Below, piece by piece: positions 51,357 through 64,000 of a stretch of DNA of 64,000 nt. Source of the stretch: Azolla caroliniana (lineage: Eukaryota > Plantae > Polypodiophyta). The position numbers were made by a program, and so were the translations under genes. The notes beneath the pieces are model-generated. The model worked only from the letters and a program-made list of their open reading frames with translations, was not told the DNA's origin and searched no databases. Location of the stretch: the NCBI GenBank assembly GCA_043228905.1, contig JBHGNT010000020.1, positions 12,276,001 through 12,340,000 on the forward strand, in the 5' to 3' direction. Each line of letters opens with the position of its first letter. The stretch's first letter is position 1.

Positions 51357-54300
51357 TTATTCAGGGGGACACGTGGCCTCCTCCGTGGTGGTTTCCCGAA
51401 ACGGGTTGGGTGGTGTAGTGCCTCGATATGGTCGAAGTCGGAAACCATTGGCCCAACTTTTGACAGTGTCGCCGGCGAGTGTGCCGAGCTGGAACGTCCC
51501 GTTGAACTCGTCGATAATCCAGAATGGACCGGTCCACCGAAATCTTAATTTTCCCGGCATAGACCCGAGTCGTGTTTGAAAAAGAAGAACCGCTTTGCCG
51601 ATGGTGAGCTCCTTTTCCAGCCCGTTTCGATGTCGATCCACGAAAGCCTTGCGTTGTCGTTGGCGTTGTTCGAGCTGGGCCATACTCTCTATCCTATCTT
51701 CGCCGAGTTCGAGGAGTTGTTCCAGCCGGTATTGCTCGGATTGGGCCTCGGGGAGCCGTGCTTTGATTTGAACTCGGAGGCTCGGAACTTGGAACTCGAC
51801 GGGCATTACGGCTTCTAACCCGAACGCCATTCGAAAGGGGGTTGATTGGATGCTTGTTTTGAAAGTCGTACGATACGCCCACAACACGCTCTGGAGTTTG
51901 TCATCCCAATCGGTCCTGTTTTCATTGACGATCTTCTTCAGTATGGTTTGGAGGATTTTATTGGTCAATTCCATCAAGCCGTTCGCCTGCGGGTAGTATG
52001 GTGTGCTTTTCTTGTGCACCACCGCGTAGTGGTGTGTAAGCTCACGTATTATATGATTGATGAAGTGCCCACCTTGGTCACTAACGAGCTTGATTGGGCA
52101 TTCGTAACGGCACCAGAGGTGCTCGTACACGAATTTAGCTGTGGATGCCGCCGTGTTGTCTCGGAGTGCCTTAGCCTCGACCCATTTGGTGCAGTAATTC
52201 GTGGCAACGATAATATACCTATTCCCTATACGGGCCGCGGGTGGTTTGAAAGGGCCTACAAAATCCAAACCCCATTTTTGAAATGGGTCCAACGGAAGAA
52301 TCGGTCGGTGTGGCATGCGTAACTGTTCCACTGGTTGCCCCAGTCGTTGGCACAAATCACACTGCCGGCAAAACTCGTGAGCGTCTCTCTTCGTTGTCGG
52401 CCACCACAATCCACTTTGCCAAACTTTCCTTGCCGTGGAATCCCTGGTGTAGTGCCCCCCAACTACTCCCTGGTGGGCCTCCTGAAGAACGGCGTTCTTC
52501 TCGAATTGCCGAATCGCTCGGCGCCATATGCCGTTCGAGCCTTTGTGGTAGAGAATGTTCGAGATGAGGCAAAAATTCCGGCTACGCACTGCTAGGCGTT
52601 TTCTCGTGTCAAGGGGCATGTGCTCGGGAGGTAAACCGGTAGTGAGAAAATGCATCATCTCCGTGATCCATTCATCTTCGTTATCGTCTGGTATCGTGGT
52701 TAGGTTAAATAGGCTGGCGTCCGGTAGCTCATCGTACGTTGTTTTCACCGGTTCCCTTGACTCAAGCGGCTCAAGTAGTCGGCGACGACATGTTGTACCC
52801 CGGGTCGATGCTGAATCTGGAAATCAAACTCTTGGAGAAGGAGCATCCATCGAGCCAACCGTCCGGTGAGGGCTTGTTTATTGACCAAATAAAGAAGGGC
52901 CGAGTGATCCACGTGAAAGGTAAATTTCCGGCCCAAGAGGTAATGCCGGAATTTATTGATGCTATAAATCATACCGAGGGCCTCCCGCTCGGTGGTGGAG
53001 TAATTCTTTTCCGCGGTCGAGAGCCGTCGGTTGGCATAGTACACGGGCCTATACCAATTCGGGGGTGTGCATTGCATCAGGGCACTTCCGATGGCGATGT
53101 CCGAAGCATCTACGAAGACATGAAACGGTTCGAACCAAACTGGAGACTGGACCACCGGGGCATGTGACAACATTAGTTTTAGGGTCTGATAGGCCGTGTC
53201 CTCGATTGATGTCCATTGGAAGGGAAGGCGATGGACTGCCGCGTGTAAAGGTGTCGCGAAATCGGCCAGGTGTCGTGTCATTCGGTTGTGCCACCGGATC
53301 TGTCCCAAAAATCGACTTAGTGCCTTAGCGTTCGAGGGTGCGGTGGCGGTCAGGATTGCCTTTACTTTATCCGGGTCCATAGCGATGCCTTCTTGACTGA
53401 CAATGTGGCCGAGAAGGTTGCCGCTGGTGACTAAGAACGCGCATTTCGCCGGGTTTAAGCTCAATCGAGCTTGGCGACATTGGTCCATGCAGAGTCGTAA
53501 CTGGGTCATGTGTTCCCGTTGATGGCCATACATGGCAAAATCGTCGAGAAAGACTTGCATGAACGTCGGGTTGTAGTCATGAAAGATTTCGGTGATGATG
53601 CGCTGGAACGTAGCCGGCGTCGTTTTTAGACCGAACATCATTACTTCTGCTACAAAAACATCCCATTCCGTGACGAAAGCGGTTTTCTCCTGATCCTCCG
53701 GGTGCATTCTTATCTAGTTATAGCCGATGAACCCGTCGAGGAAACTGTAGCATTCGTGGCCGACTACCGTGTCGAGGACGCTGTCCGTGAATGGGAGAGG
53801 GAAACCGTTGGTGACTGTTGCCGCGTTAAGCTTCCGATAGTCGACGCAGACGCAGATTTTTCCGTTCTTCTTTGGAACCACTACGATCGGGCTCAACCAC
53901 GTGGCCCGTTTAACAGGGCGAATGAAGCCCACTCGGAGTAGTTTGTCGATTTCCTCTTTGACTTTAGCAGCAAAGTTGGGGTTCATCCTGTAGCGCCTCT
54001 GCTGAACCGGCCGAGTGTCGGGTAAGATGTGAATTTGATGTTGGTAGTATTGAGGATCCAGCCCCTTCATATCGGTGTAAGACCAAGCGAAAACATCCTG
54101 GTAGTCAGTGAGCAATCGTACGAGGCATGCCCGTTCTCCGGTTGGTAGATTATTGGCAATTTGTAACGTACGGGGATTCTTGTCCGAGCCGAGCTTTATT
54201 GTTTCCAGGGTTGATGCTTTGACTCGTGAAATGGCGAGTTCACGTTCGAAAGCCTCCCGAGCATGGCGTAGCTCGGCAACTATGGTAGGATCTGGTTCAT

Positions 54301-56596
54301 CTTGGGGTGGTGATTCCTTCGTGACTTCCTCGTCTTTAGGTGGCTTGATGGTTGGTAAGGCATTGATTTCAAAGAGAGGGATGATCATGGGATGATCATC
54401 TAGGAAGTCATCAACCTCCTCATCGGCCAAACCGTCAAGCATATGGACCCCTTCCGCGTATAACGGCGAAGTGTTGAGGGCGATGGGGAGTCGTTCTTCA
54501 GTGATGATTCGAACTTTTGTCTTGCCTCTTCGGAACGAGATCATGTTGCGTTGCCAATGTTGCTTGATATTCACTGTACACAACCATGGTCGACCTAGTA
54601 ACATTGGGTAGGCGCCTTGTGTCTCCAGTCTTAGCACGACGGACGAGATCGTGAACATGTGGCCTCCGAGTGTGAAGTCGAGATGGCAGATTAAACCAAT
54701 GGGGTGAACGGAGCGGGTGTCGGCCATCCGAAACCAAAAGGGGCATGGTTCCCATTGATTCAGGCCGAGGTTGTGACACGTTGACTCGCTAATAATGTTT
54801 ACGCCGGATCCGTCGTCGATGATGCATCCGTGCAGGTCTTGTCCCTTAATGATGATTCGCACAGTTGGGTTCTGAGAATCCATGAGTGGTGGACCGGTTC
54901 CTGCTTCGGTGAGGTGTACCGGTGGCGTCACGGGCTTAGTATTGGCCTGGAGTGCCACCAGGGTGTCCCGAAATCTCGGCATGAGTGGTAACAGTTTATG
55001 TAGGGGTAGCGAGATGCGGGAGTTGGTAAGAACATCCCATAGTTGGTCGTCCTCCGACGACGTGGATGGTACCGAGTTTTGTGGTGCTTCACTGGGCCCG
55101 TCTCTCATGTCAGTTTGCATGCGCACGACATTATTTTTATTGGCCGTGTCGATCCATTCTTTTGCTGCCTGACGGACTTCATCCTGGATTTGCCACTGAG
55201 TAGTCTACGCTTTACTACGGGTAGTGACGGTTTGAACATCGGCCATGATACTGTTCACCGCGGGTGCCTTGCCACGGTTGGTTGTTGGACAATGCGTGGC
55301 GTAGTGGCCTGGTTGGTTACATTTAAAACATGTCACGTTGGCCGAGCTGCTGGTGTCCGCTCGGTCTGTGTGTGGAAGCTGTTGTTGTTGATTCTCAGTC
55401 TCGTTTGGTGGTGGGTTGTGCCGAGGTGCGTTGGAGTTGCGCTGGTCATTTTGAGGAGCGTCCCGTCGGCGGTTGTCGTTTGGTCTTCTATTGTTGCGTG
55501 TGTTGCGGTTGCCGTTTCGCCAATCAATGCGTGAGTTCCGTCGGTCATACCGGTCATCGCGATCGTCATCATATCGAGCATAATCGTCGTGCCGGTCATC
55601 GCGATAGTGATCATGACGGTCATCACGTCGGTAGTCGTCGTCTCGACGCCGTCGATACGGGGATCGCAGTCGGTCGTTATCCTGGTCTCGGTAGACATAT
55701 CGCTCGTCCTGCCAAGAGTATGTATTTCGTGGCTCGATCTGGCGGACCGGTGCCGCCGTTGTGCGGTTCAGCATATTATATTCGCACAGCTCGATAGTGT
55801 GAGCTCGAGACTGACAGATCGGACACTGTGGTCGGTGGGGACATTCGAGGGCCAGGTGCCCTGATCCTGAACACGCCGTGCATTGGAGAGCTTGGCGAAA
55901 GCGATTGTCCTATTGGGGAAGAGCGTTTTGTAAGGATGTCATCGAGAAGGCCGCGCCGTGCTGGGTCCGATCGAGGGCGAGAACCTGCGCTATGACTTGT
56001 TCGATAGTATGGTTGGCGAAATTTGTAAGTGTGAGAGTCGTTCGGAGAGGCTCTCGTAAACTGGACAGGAAAGTGTCTGGTATATGTTGTGCCGAGACAT
56101 CATCGGCCACTTGTCTGTAGAGATCCTGGAACCGGATCGTGAACTGCGCGACCGTTTCGTGCGGTTCCTGGCATATAGAGAAGAATTGCCGGAGCAGTTC
56201 CCATTTAGGCACCTCGTGATTAAAAAGTTCAAGGAACTTTGTGTGCACGATTTGGAAAGTGGTGGCCTCTCCTATTTCGAGGCGAGAGTACCATCGTGCG
56301 GCCGGTCCATCGAGGGAGAGTGTGAACTCGGCAATCTTTGAGGCATCAATTTCAGCCGGCGTGAGGCGGTGCGTTGAGTGGTTGGCCTGCCACGTGGATA
56401 TGAAGGCACGGATGTGTGACTCCGTGTCTGGTCCGTCGGTGTATCGTGGGTATGGGTACGACATGATGTCGTACTCTGGGTCTTCTGGTAGCACCGGAAA
56501 AGGGTTTAGTTCTGGTTGATTGACCTCCCTAGGGCTCGGCGGGGGTTTTGGTGGTGAATCAACTTGCGATCGAGTGTCCGGTGACGAGGATTGCAC
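51357..56596 (-). pseudogene. Element A gag-pol, disrupted (gag, zinc knuckle, PR, RT, RNase H, IN)
   Basis: SLDGPAARWY, CFKCNQPGHYATHC, CIIDDGSGVN, VCVDYRKLN, VFLDDFA, FVDASD, HQGVVGGH...CDLC, WGLDFVGP, RWTGPF; several stops and frameshifts. Confidence 0.92.
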
Positions 56597-56770
56597 TGGG
56601 GAAGCCTCCGATTGCTCGAGAAAGGATTGGTCAGTGACCGCCGAGTCGGAAGTTCCTTCGACTGGCTCAGGGCGTCGGGCAAGTGGCCGAGACCTCGTGG
56701 TGCGAGAGGGCGCCGTAACGGCGGCTGGTGGTTATCTTCAACGAAGTTCGCTGTGCACTCACAGCTGTAA

Positions 56771-56782
56771 CCGGGCGTGCCA
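56771..56782 (-). promoter_or_regulatory. Element A sense PBS (tRNA-Arg type)
   Basis: Minus-strand TGGCACGCCCGG, 5 nt after the 5' LTR end. Confidence 0.8.
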
Positions 56783-56787
56783 AATTG

Positions 56788-57231
56788 TGTTACCCGTTCC
56801 TTTGGGTGAACACCTTCGATAGATCTGCGGCTATATGTATTCAAGGGCGTGGTACGTGAAGGCTCGTAATAGAGGCGTCGTGAGAGAGACAATGATCAGA
56901 GATAAAACACTAGCGAGATCTTGATAGGCGTGGGCAGCGCTGAAATCATAGGTATGAATCAAAGCACAGACACATGGAGCAAAATGGGCACAAATAAGAT
57001 ATATTACTGCGACAGAACACGGCCTACGGCCGGTGACCTTACAAGATTATCTAGTTACGAGGGACTAAGCTAGTGCTTCCGCCTATATTTTTCTTCTCTC
57101 CCGCTCTGAGGTATTGGTCCTCGTTTAAATAACGTTTCCCCTAATACACAGCCGAGCCGTCGGTGGCCCGTGATACTCGGACTCGGCGTTTGCTAATTTC
57201 CTAATTTTACATTTCTGTCCTCTGGACAACA
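56788..57231 (-). repeat. Element A 5' LTR (444 bp)
   Basis: Matches the split copy at 18891-22530; minus-strand TATTTAAA near 57123-57132; followed by TSD AACTA. Confidence 0.93.
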
Positions 57232-57733
57232 AACTAAAATCTCCTGACCGACAACTCCCACAAGGTCATTCTTCCGGAGAAGAAACACCTGGAAAACCAA
57301 CACTTCATTGAGCTAAATCAACCATGAAGTAAGCCATCCAAATGTACTTCACCTTAGTGCTTGTGGCCTCTTGAAGTGAGGTCCTTTCATTGACTTGACG
57401 GTAAATTGTGCTTCATCAAGTTAAACATCAATTGGTCCGGCCATCCGGCACTGTCCATCTACTTGTTGTATCCACTCGAAACATATTCGGTCCCAGGAAC
57501 AACCCCATTCGTGCCTCATTTGGCTAGACGACATTCGGGAAGACTAGTTGGATATGTCCCTGTCGTCGTCATAGCCGTCTGACGCAGGATCGGCCTAGAA
57601 AACGACACATAATATATGCTCGAAACCATTGAAATCGGCTGTCCGAATAGGACTGGCAGTTAATTGTGCTAAATCTTGCTAATTTTTTGGCATTTTCGAA
57701 CTGTTTCCAACTAGATTTATGGATGCTACCACC

Positions 57734-58290
57734 CTATACTCCCACCCCATAGAGAGGCACTAGTATCACCAAAGTGTCGAAAATGTATTTCTTGAGGGCC
57801 CAATACTTAATATTGAGTCCATGATTACGTGTGTTCTCAAATGCATAATATTCTTGCTTCCCCGCCTCTAAGTTGTGTGTACCACATTCATTCAATCTAT
57901 GATTTGAAGGAGCTTCAAGGCCAATATATTTGAAACTTTCCACACATTCAAGTGGCTTATTATTGTACGTAATGCACGACTTATCTTTTTTGGGGTTCTT
58001 CACAACCACAATCTTTGTTTTAGAACTATTGACACTTAATTTAGTATGCATGTAAAATTTTTCCAATGCCTTCATGAGCTTTTGCTCATATTCTAAAGTA
58101 TTTGCAAGAAACACTACATCATCCACGTATAGCAAAAGAATTATGACAACATTCCCAATTGCAACTTCTTCAACACCTTCTTCCTTTACAAACTTGGCAA
58201 CCATTTCTTCCAATTCATCAATGCATAGACCAAATAGAGTTGGTGAGAGTGTGCATCCTTGCTTAACACCAATAGTGCTATTGGAAAACT
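57734..58290 (-). pseudogene. RTE-type LINE reverse transcriptase fragment
   Basis: GVKQGCTLSPTLFGLCIDELEEM...LLLYVDDVVFL...KTKIVV...FKYIGL. Confidence 0.85.
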
Positions 58291-60158
58291 AATGACAATA
58301 AGCAACTTAAAAGAGCGCTAAAATTGTCTTTCACACCTTTTTACATTATTTGGGCCCTTTCACACAATTGTGACTAATCAATATTTTTCTGTTTTCCTTA
58401 TTGTCTCTTCCATGTATATTAAAATTTGTCTATTTGGCACCAATGCCAATACAATGTCTTTAGAAAGGCATGGTTAGTGAAGTGCAAGGCACATACTTAA
58501 TAGGCCCTCTAGTATGAAGTTGATTATCTTGGTTGTTGGTCGTCCAAAAGGCCATCAAATGTACGTTAGGTGTAAAATATAAGGAAATAAAGACACCCAT
58601 AAGAATTGGGCATGGAACTTACCCTCATTGTAGTGTTCATTAAGCAACGAGTTTGAACAGAGTCCTCTACGATGTATTCATAAATATTGTAATTGCATCT
58701 AGATCTAATTAGGATCAAAAGCTACATGCAACACTCTCAAGTGTTTCACATTTCTTATAAGGCCATCATATGTCATACACCATTTCACAAGGTCTATTGT
58801 GTCATGTTGCTTATGGCACATGATGTATCCTTACTTTATTCTCCCATATCTCCATTTCTTTTAGCCTAAATCTTCTTCTTGATATATCGATTCTAACATA
58901 AAGATCACAAGTTTTATATGTTTCTTTACAAAACTTCTTCCCATATGATCTTATTGCTCCTCTAAATTACAAAGACCTTCATGCCACTTCAAATTGAGAC
59001 ACGTCTCTCCTTCGAGAAGTGTACGACGCATACAACTTGATATTAAACTTTAAGGTTATCATGATATTAGAATTCTTTAACCTTGGCCATCAAATGGACA
59101 TCCAAGAAATATGGGAACACAATCTCCCACTCTTTGTTCTTAAAAGCCTTGAAAGGTTGATCGAAACATGCGGTTTAGGATTTCGTGCATTGTTAACAAA
59201 GAAAACCCACAACAAGATATGGCACAATGATAACACAAAAACAAGGATCTTGAAGAAGGATGTACACCCTTATGTTCCCATTCAAGAGATATAAGAAGAT
59301 GCTTAAGCTACACAATGAGGGGCTATACATTGTATGCATATCACAAACATAAGTTACGTAGGTTTAATGATTTAGATAGAGAGTTCCTACCTCCTCACTA
59401 CTTGAAACAAGGTTCAAGGCATAACATACCATAAGAAATTCCTAGACTTCACGATCACACATATGCTCAATCCTTGCAATCTTGATAGTTCCTCTTATAC
59501 GCTATCATAAGAAATAGGTTATCACATGAAGTCACAAAGCAAGGCATTGCCATCTCTTGCCCACTCAAATTTAAATGTAAAGAAGGGGATGAGGCATTTT
59601 GTAATACCACCCTCTTGAAGTTAGATAAACATAGAATCAATGTCGTGCTCCATGTTTATGAATCTAAACTAGTTTACGAGATACGAGAAGCAACAAACAA
59701 AGCCTCGCCACGTGAGAATACAATAATAACTCTCTAACCCATTTAATGGCCCAAAGCTCCACAACAAATTGAACGTTGTTGGACTTCAAAGATAGTCTCC
59801 TAACTTAAGAAGACATCCAGGCATGTGTTAGAGCCTAATTGACAAACACTTCCATGTAACAACTAATTTAAAGAAATTAGGTTTTCGTAAATGTATACTT
59901 ATATGTCAATTTCTATTCTACTCTTTCTATAGATGTGCTCCTACAAAAGTTTTAGAAGCGAAGCAAATAAGTTAATGGACTTTGTGCCAAACTAATCCAA
60001 CAAGAAATGCTTATTCCAACACTTCATTCACCCAAATAATATGTGTTATGGCTTAAGCCTTACCTCCAATGTAAACTATATCAAATGTTCATTCATATGG
60101 AAAACGGAAATTTACCAACATTTCTAGCATGTGCTTAAAATAAAAACTCCTAGAACGT

Positions 60159-61120
60159 TGTCATGGGTTTCCGAGTGGATGTCTCAAAATGGGGCAGGAC
60201 TACTAGGGTCTCAAACCAATGATCCGGTAAGGGAAGAGAGATTAACCGAATCGACGTCCAGATAGCTTCATCAGAACTCGGTCTGGAGCCGGTAAAGAGG
60301 AGAGGGGTTATTTGGATCGGTTTCCGGATAACTTCACCGGAGCGCGGTCCGGACATGTATATGATCCAGACTAGTCTCTGGATGCCGTATAGTGAGCACA
60401 CGACCCGGAGTGCACACACTATTTCGGAGCTACTACCGGATAATGAACGATGAGCGCACGGGCTCGAGGTCCTAGCTAAGCCCGTAAGTGGAGGGGACGA
60501 AGGTAAGAACGTAAACAGTCACAGAGAAAGACACCCGACACACAAAGGTGATCCAAATAGCAACAAAATGATTGATTTGCTAGGAATAATAGAAATACAA
60601 CCGGACTCGCCCAACAATAGAGATACTTGCGAGCCTCCGATCGGGAGCACACAGGCTACCAGCGTGAAATGGAGGCCTTGTAGCACAACAATAGGAAACA
60701 TAAAGGAAAACGGAGAATAGAAATTTTCAAAGCTTGGTCCGACAACACTTCGTCGTAAAAAAAAACGTGGATCCTTTAAATAGTTCAAACCTCCTCCATC
60801 AAGACAACCAATTCTCCTCCGATTCCCTCCTCATTTTCCTCCCTACACCCATTTCATTCCTCTTCTTCATGTGGGACATTAAAGTACCCATCTAAATCGT
60901 ACTGCCTAGTACTTATTAGTCCTACAAATTTACTATGCTTATATACAATGAAGGCCTCGTTCGTGTGCCTCTTTCTGCACCCCCGTTCACACGCTTCCGG
61001 CCCCTTTTCTTCCTATGGCTGGAATCCTTCATGAAAACGCCATTAATTTCTACAGAATCATGGACGATAAGCAGTAATTCCTCTTGGATTAACACAAATA
61101 TTTAAGGGGTTAACATCGAT
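60159..61120. mobile_element. Probable solo LTR or LTR remnant
   Basis: Abrupt GC/CCGG-rich segment starting TGTCATGG, minus-strand TATTTAAA near 60775; right end and TSD not resolved. Confidence 0.35.
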
Positions 61121-61390
61121 CAACGTGCGATTAGCATGCCACAAGTTGGTTAGCGAGTGAATCAGATGCAGGGTTATAGCGCGAACCCAATCAAATATGT
61201 GTGTGTGTGTGTGTGTGTGCGTGTGTATATGTATGTATGTAATAATGTATGTATATATAACAAAGTCAAGACGAAGATTGTAAATTTATCAAAATACCCC
61301 TCTCATTATGTGTTGTGTGAGAGAGTTTTACAAAGAGGAGGGCAATTGTGTGTATTTTGATAAACTGTCTTTTGCTTTGAAGAAACAGAG

Positions 61391-61437
<47 letters not shown>

Positions 61438-61807
61438 TCCTGCCATCGCCAAGCAACTGCGTACTCTGTTCGCGTTTCATCTCTGTGAGTAAGAATTCCT
61501 TTCTCTGCTTGATTTATTACTGTATCCGGTTTTCTGTTTTCTACGCGCGTGCGCACACGCACTCACACAGAGAATGCTATTAATGCCACATGGAGGGAAA
61601 GACAGAAAGGTATGTCCAAAGAAGAAGAATAACGTGATGATTGTTATCATGATATGATGAAGGAAAACACGTAAAGACAGAAAGGTATAACCAAAGAAGA
61701 AGAAGATGGTGGTGGTAGAAGGCAGGGAAAGAAAGTAAAATTGGAAACAAAAGGATACAAAAAAACAAGAAGACGATGTTGATGATGGAGTCAAAGAGAG
61801 AAAGAAA

Positions 61808-61955
61808 ATGAAAAAGAGGAAGGAAATGAATAAGGATAATATGAATATTATGATGATTGAGCTGCAGAGAGATAGGGGGACATGAAAAAGAGGAAGGAAA
61901 TGAATAAGGATAATATGAATATTATGATGATTGAGCTGCAGAGAGATAGGGGGAC
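61808..61955. repeat. ~73-bp tandem duplication in a GA-rich low-complexity region
   Basis: ATGAAAAAGAGGAAGGAAATGAATAAGG...GAGATAGGGGGAC occurs twice. Confidence 0.85.
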
Positions 61956-63753
61956 ATGCAGACATGTCATGGAAGCAGCGACAGAAATATAAAACAAGAA
62001 CAAGAACAAGAAGACAAATGGAAAAAAGAAAAGAAGATGATGGATGATAATTAGGTGACAATGATGACATCGAGAGAGGAGGAGTTAGAGCATGTTAACT
62101 TGTCTCGGATGCAAAGAGAGAAAGATAGGAGAAGGAGATGATGATGATGACTACTATGCCCATAATTTAAGGCTAACATGACCATCTGCATAAAGCAAAT
62201 AGAATATGGATCGGTACGGAGCAGTCTTGATCTCTTTTCTCTCTAAGATATGTGCTCAGTCATTTGATTAGAAGAAGACAAGGGTGACACTTTATAACTG
62301 CTGACCAATGCAGCCACTTTGATCTCAAGTTATGTGTTGATTTACTTGATAGTAGCCATATTCTCCTTTGCTAACTAAGATGAAGATGGTTATGATGGTA
62401 TGAGTATGCCAATAAGAAACATGTAAATGCAAAGAAAATATGTTATGTGTGGCCAGGAAAACATTATAAACATTGCATTGGATGCAATATAACCCCGATA
62501 CGTTTCATGGCCCAAACCTTTCCTTTTCAACATTTGTTAACATGAAAAACATTCAGCTGAAACATCCATCCATATACATATAACAACATACATATCAGAT
62601 ACACACACACTTACCTGCATCTGGACATACCTGTCGGCCTGCCTACATACATAATACATACCGTGTTTGTCTTTCCATCCATTATATATCCCTACATGTA
62701 TACAGTAGTAGTTAGATGTTTCTCAAAGTTCCGAAACTTACATGAATCAGGATTCATTGAACATCAGTCATTTAGAAATAAACCATGCATATAGAAGTGG
62801 CATCTCATTTTCACATCACATTGTGCTCTTTCCTATTCAGGGGGCAAACCATGAAAATGTGTGAAATGGTAAAATTCAAGCCAAAAGGGTCTGAAAACAA
62901 TTAAAAAAGAAGCACCCTAATAATTGGAAAAACAATAAAAGTAAAAATCACATCCTCAAGCTGTTTCACCTGGGACCTTAAGATATTTCAACTCTTTAAT
63001 TTTTCAGTCCACCTGAAATGCTTTTTTACAGTGACTATGAGCTGGTGCAAATATTTTATGATAAAGCTATTGGGAATTTGGGTTATCAGAATATCATCAG
63101 AAAATTAGTTTGTTGAAAGCAGAATCTAGAATGTGTCAAGTTGTAGTCCTTTCAAATTTCTTGTTAGCCTGTCCAAAATTATTGATATGAAATATGCTAT
63201 CATACAGCAATCATCCTTGTCAAGAATTTAGAAATGCGGCCATGTTTGGAAATAGTTCATAGAAATACCAAAGCTGGTTGTGATGTATATATGCGTGTAT
63301 ATATATATATATATATATAACGGTTAGGTGTAAATGGGACACAGAGTTCTCCTATGACATTGTTATTTTCTGCTTTTGTCAATTTGCTGTTTACTGCACA
63401 ACAGAAGTCACATGTTATTGCTTCTCTTCAATTGATGCTTTGCAATAATAATTTTTTGTTGCTGTGGGTTTTGCAGTGATGAAGTAAAAAGCTATTTAAA
63501 TCAAGTTCGTTAAACTCCCAATCATCTATCAGGTTCCTTGTCATCTCAGTGTTTCTGAAAATTTCCATCTCAATTGTGACAATATAAAAGAATCCTATCA
63601 AAATTTATGTTTAAAATCCATCAACTAATTTCTAGTTTGTATTGTTTGCTAAAGCATTGTAATAAATGAAGTTTCATTTGGTTTCTAAGGTGATAAGTCA
63701 CCAGATTTGGCACAAATAATGTGCACTGCCAAGATTAAATAGCTGGATTCTCA

Positions 63754-64000
63754 ATGTGGGCACTGCAGAAAATATCCTCGTTAATGCGATCTCCTCTACA
63801 ATCCGACAAGCATCCAGATGAGGAGTCACCTCCGAGAAATAGAGAAAATCAAAGAAAACAGCAAGCATTGGACGCAAAGCTCAAAGGTTATTTTAGCCTT
63901 GCGAAAGGAGAGATCGATAAAGCATTACATGCAGAAGAGCAAGATTTTATAGTTGAGGCTATGAAGCATTATAGAGCTGCGCAGGCAATACTTATAGAGG
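63754..64000 (+). CDS. Spastin-like MIT-domain AAA ATPase, first coding exon (runs off the window)
   Basis: ATG 63754 after an in-frame TAA (63736): MWALQKISSLMRSPLQSDKHPDEESPPRNRENQRKQQALDAKLKGYFSLAKGEIDKALHAEEQDFIVEAMKHYRAAQAILIE. Resembles the recalled plant spastin MIT motif KLKGYF.LAK.EI.K...AEE......A..HYR.AQ. Confidence 0.8.
   Translation, partial: MWALQKISSLMRSPLQSDKHPDEESPPRNRENQRKQQALDAKLKGYFSLAKGEIDKALHAEEQDFIVEAMKHYRAAQAILIE

Larger units (their letters stand above)
18891..57231 (-). mobile_element. Element A: non-chromovirus Ty3/gypsy (Athila/Tat-related) LTR retrotransposon, outermost of the nest
   Basis: Direct-repeat LTRs 56788-57231 and 18891-18907+22090-22530 (split by B), TG...CA ends, TSD AACTA (18886-18890 / 57232-57236). 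gag-PR-RT-RH-IN on the minus strand, no chromodomain. ~10 substitutions plus a 14-bp indel between LTRs. Confidence 0.93.

Noticed and set aside
22531-56787. Simple inversion of A's internal region, or two head-to-head elements, as the explanation for the two PBSs
   Set aside because: The LTRs are direct repeats with one TSD, all A ORFs are co-oriented with the LTR TATA, and no PPT appears at either end; not fully excluded without other copies
58400-59620. Possible decayed gypsy integrase/chromodomain ending in a purine tract and TGTAATA
   Set aside because: Too degenerate to translate convincingly; not listed as a feature
61477-62070. 197-aa hydrophobic ORF resembling a membrane protein
   Set aside because: Translation of GA-rich low-complexity and tandem-duplicated sequence

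Overview
Eukaryotic land-plant genomic DNA; the TE lineages suggest a non-seed plant such as a moss or fern, but this is inference. Two host genes are divergently oriented. One is a complete 8-exon ER-type P2A Ca2+-ATPase (ECA, minus strand, 6862-10924, 1061 aa after splicing). The other is the start of a MIT-domain spastin-like AAA ATPase (plus strand, 63754 to the window end), missing from the ORF track. Between them is a 38-kb nest of six LTR retrotransposons, all resolved by LTR pairs and target-site duplications (TSDs). Outer Ty3/gypsy element A (18891-57231) holds chromovirus B (18908-22084) and chromovirus C (25839-50996). C holds gypsy D (26252-33590, intact), copia E (34751-40075, intact) and Tcn1/sushi-like chromovirus F (40989-46483). 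LINE remnants, older LTR remnants and tandem repeats flank the nest. The most striking observation is that element A has no polypurine tract: a tRNA(Arg)-type primer-binding site sits just inside both LTRs, in inverted orientation, hinting at tRNA-primed second-strand synthesis. Also notable: antisense tRNA-like Pol III A/B-box modules in the U3 of two unrelated LTR families; element D, with a tRNA(Trp) PBS, 4-bp TSD, DHG protease, -1 frameshift signal and strong CWG depletion; and a decayed ~1000-codon extra ORF in A. tRNA identities and family names come from recalled consensus sequences, not database searches. LTR difference counts are by eye.
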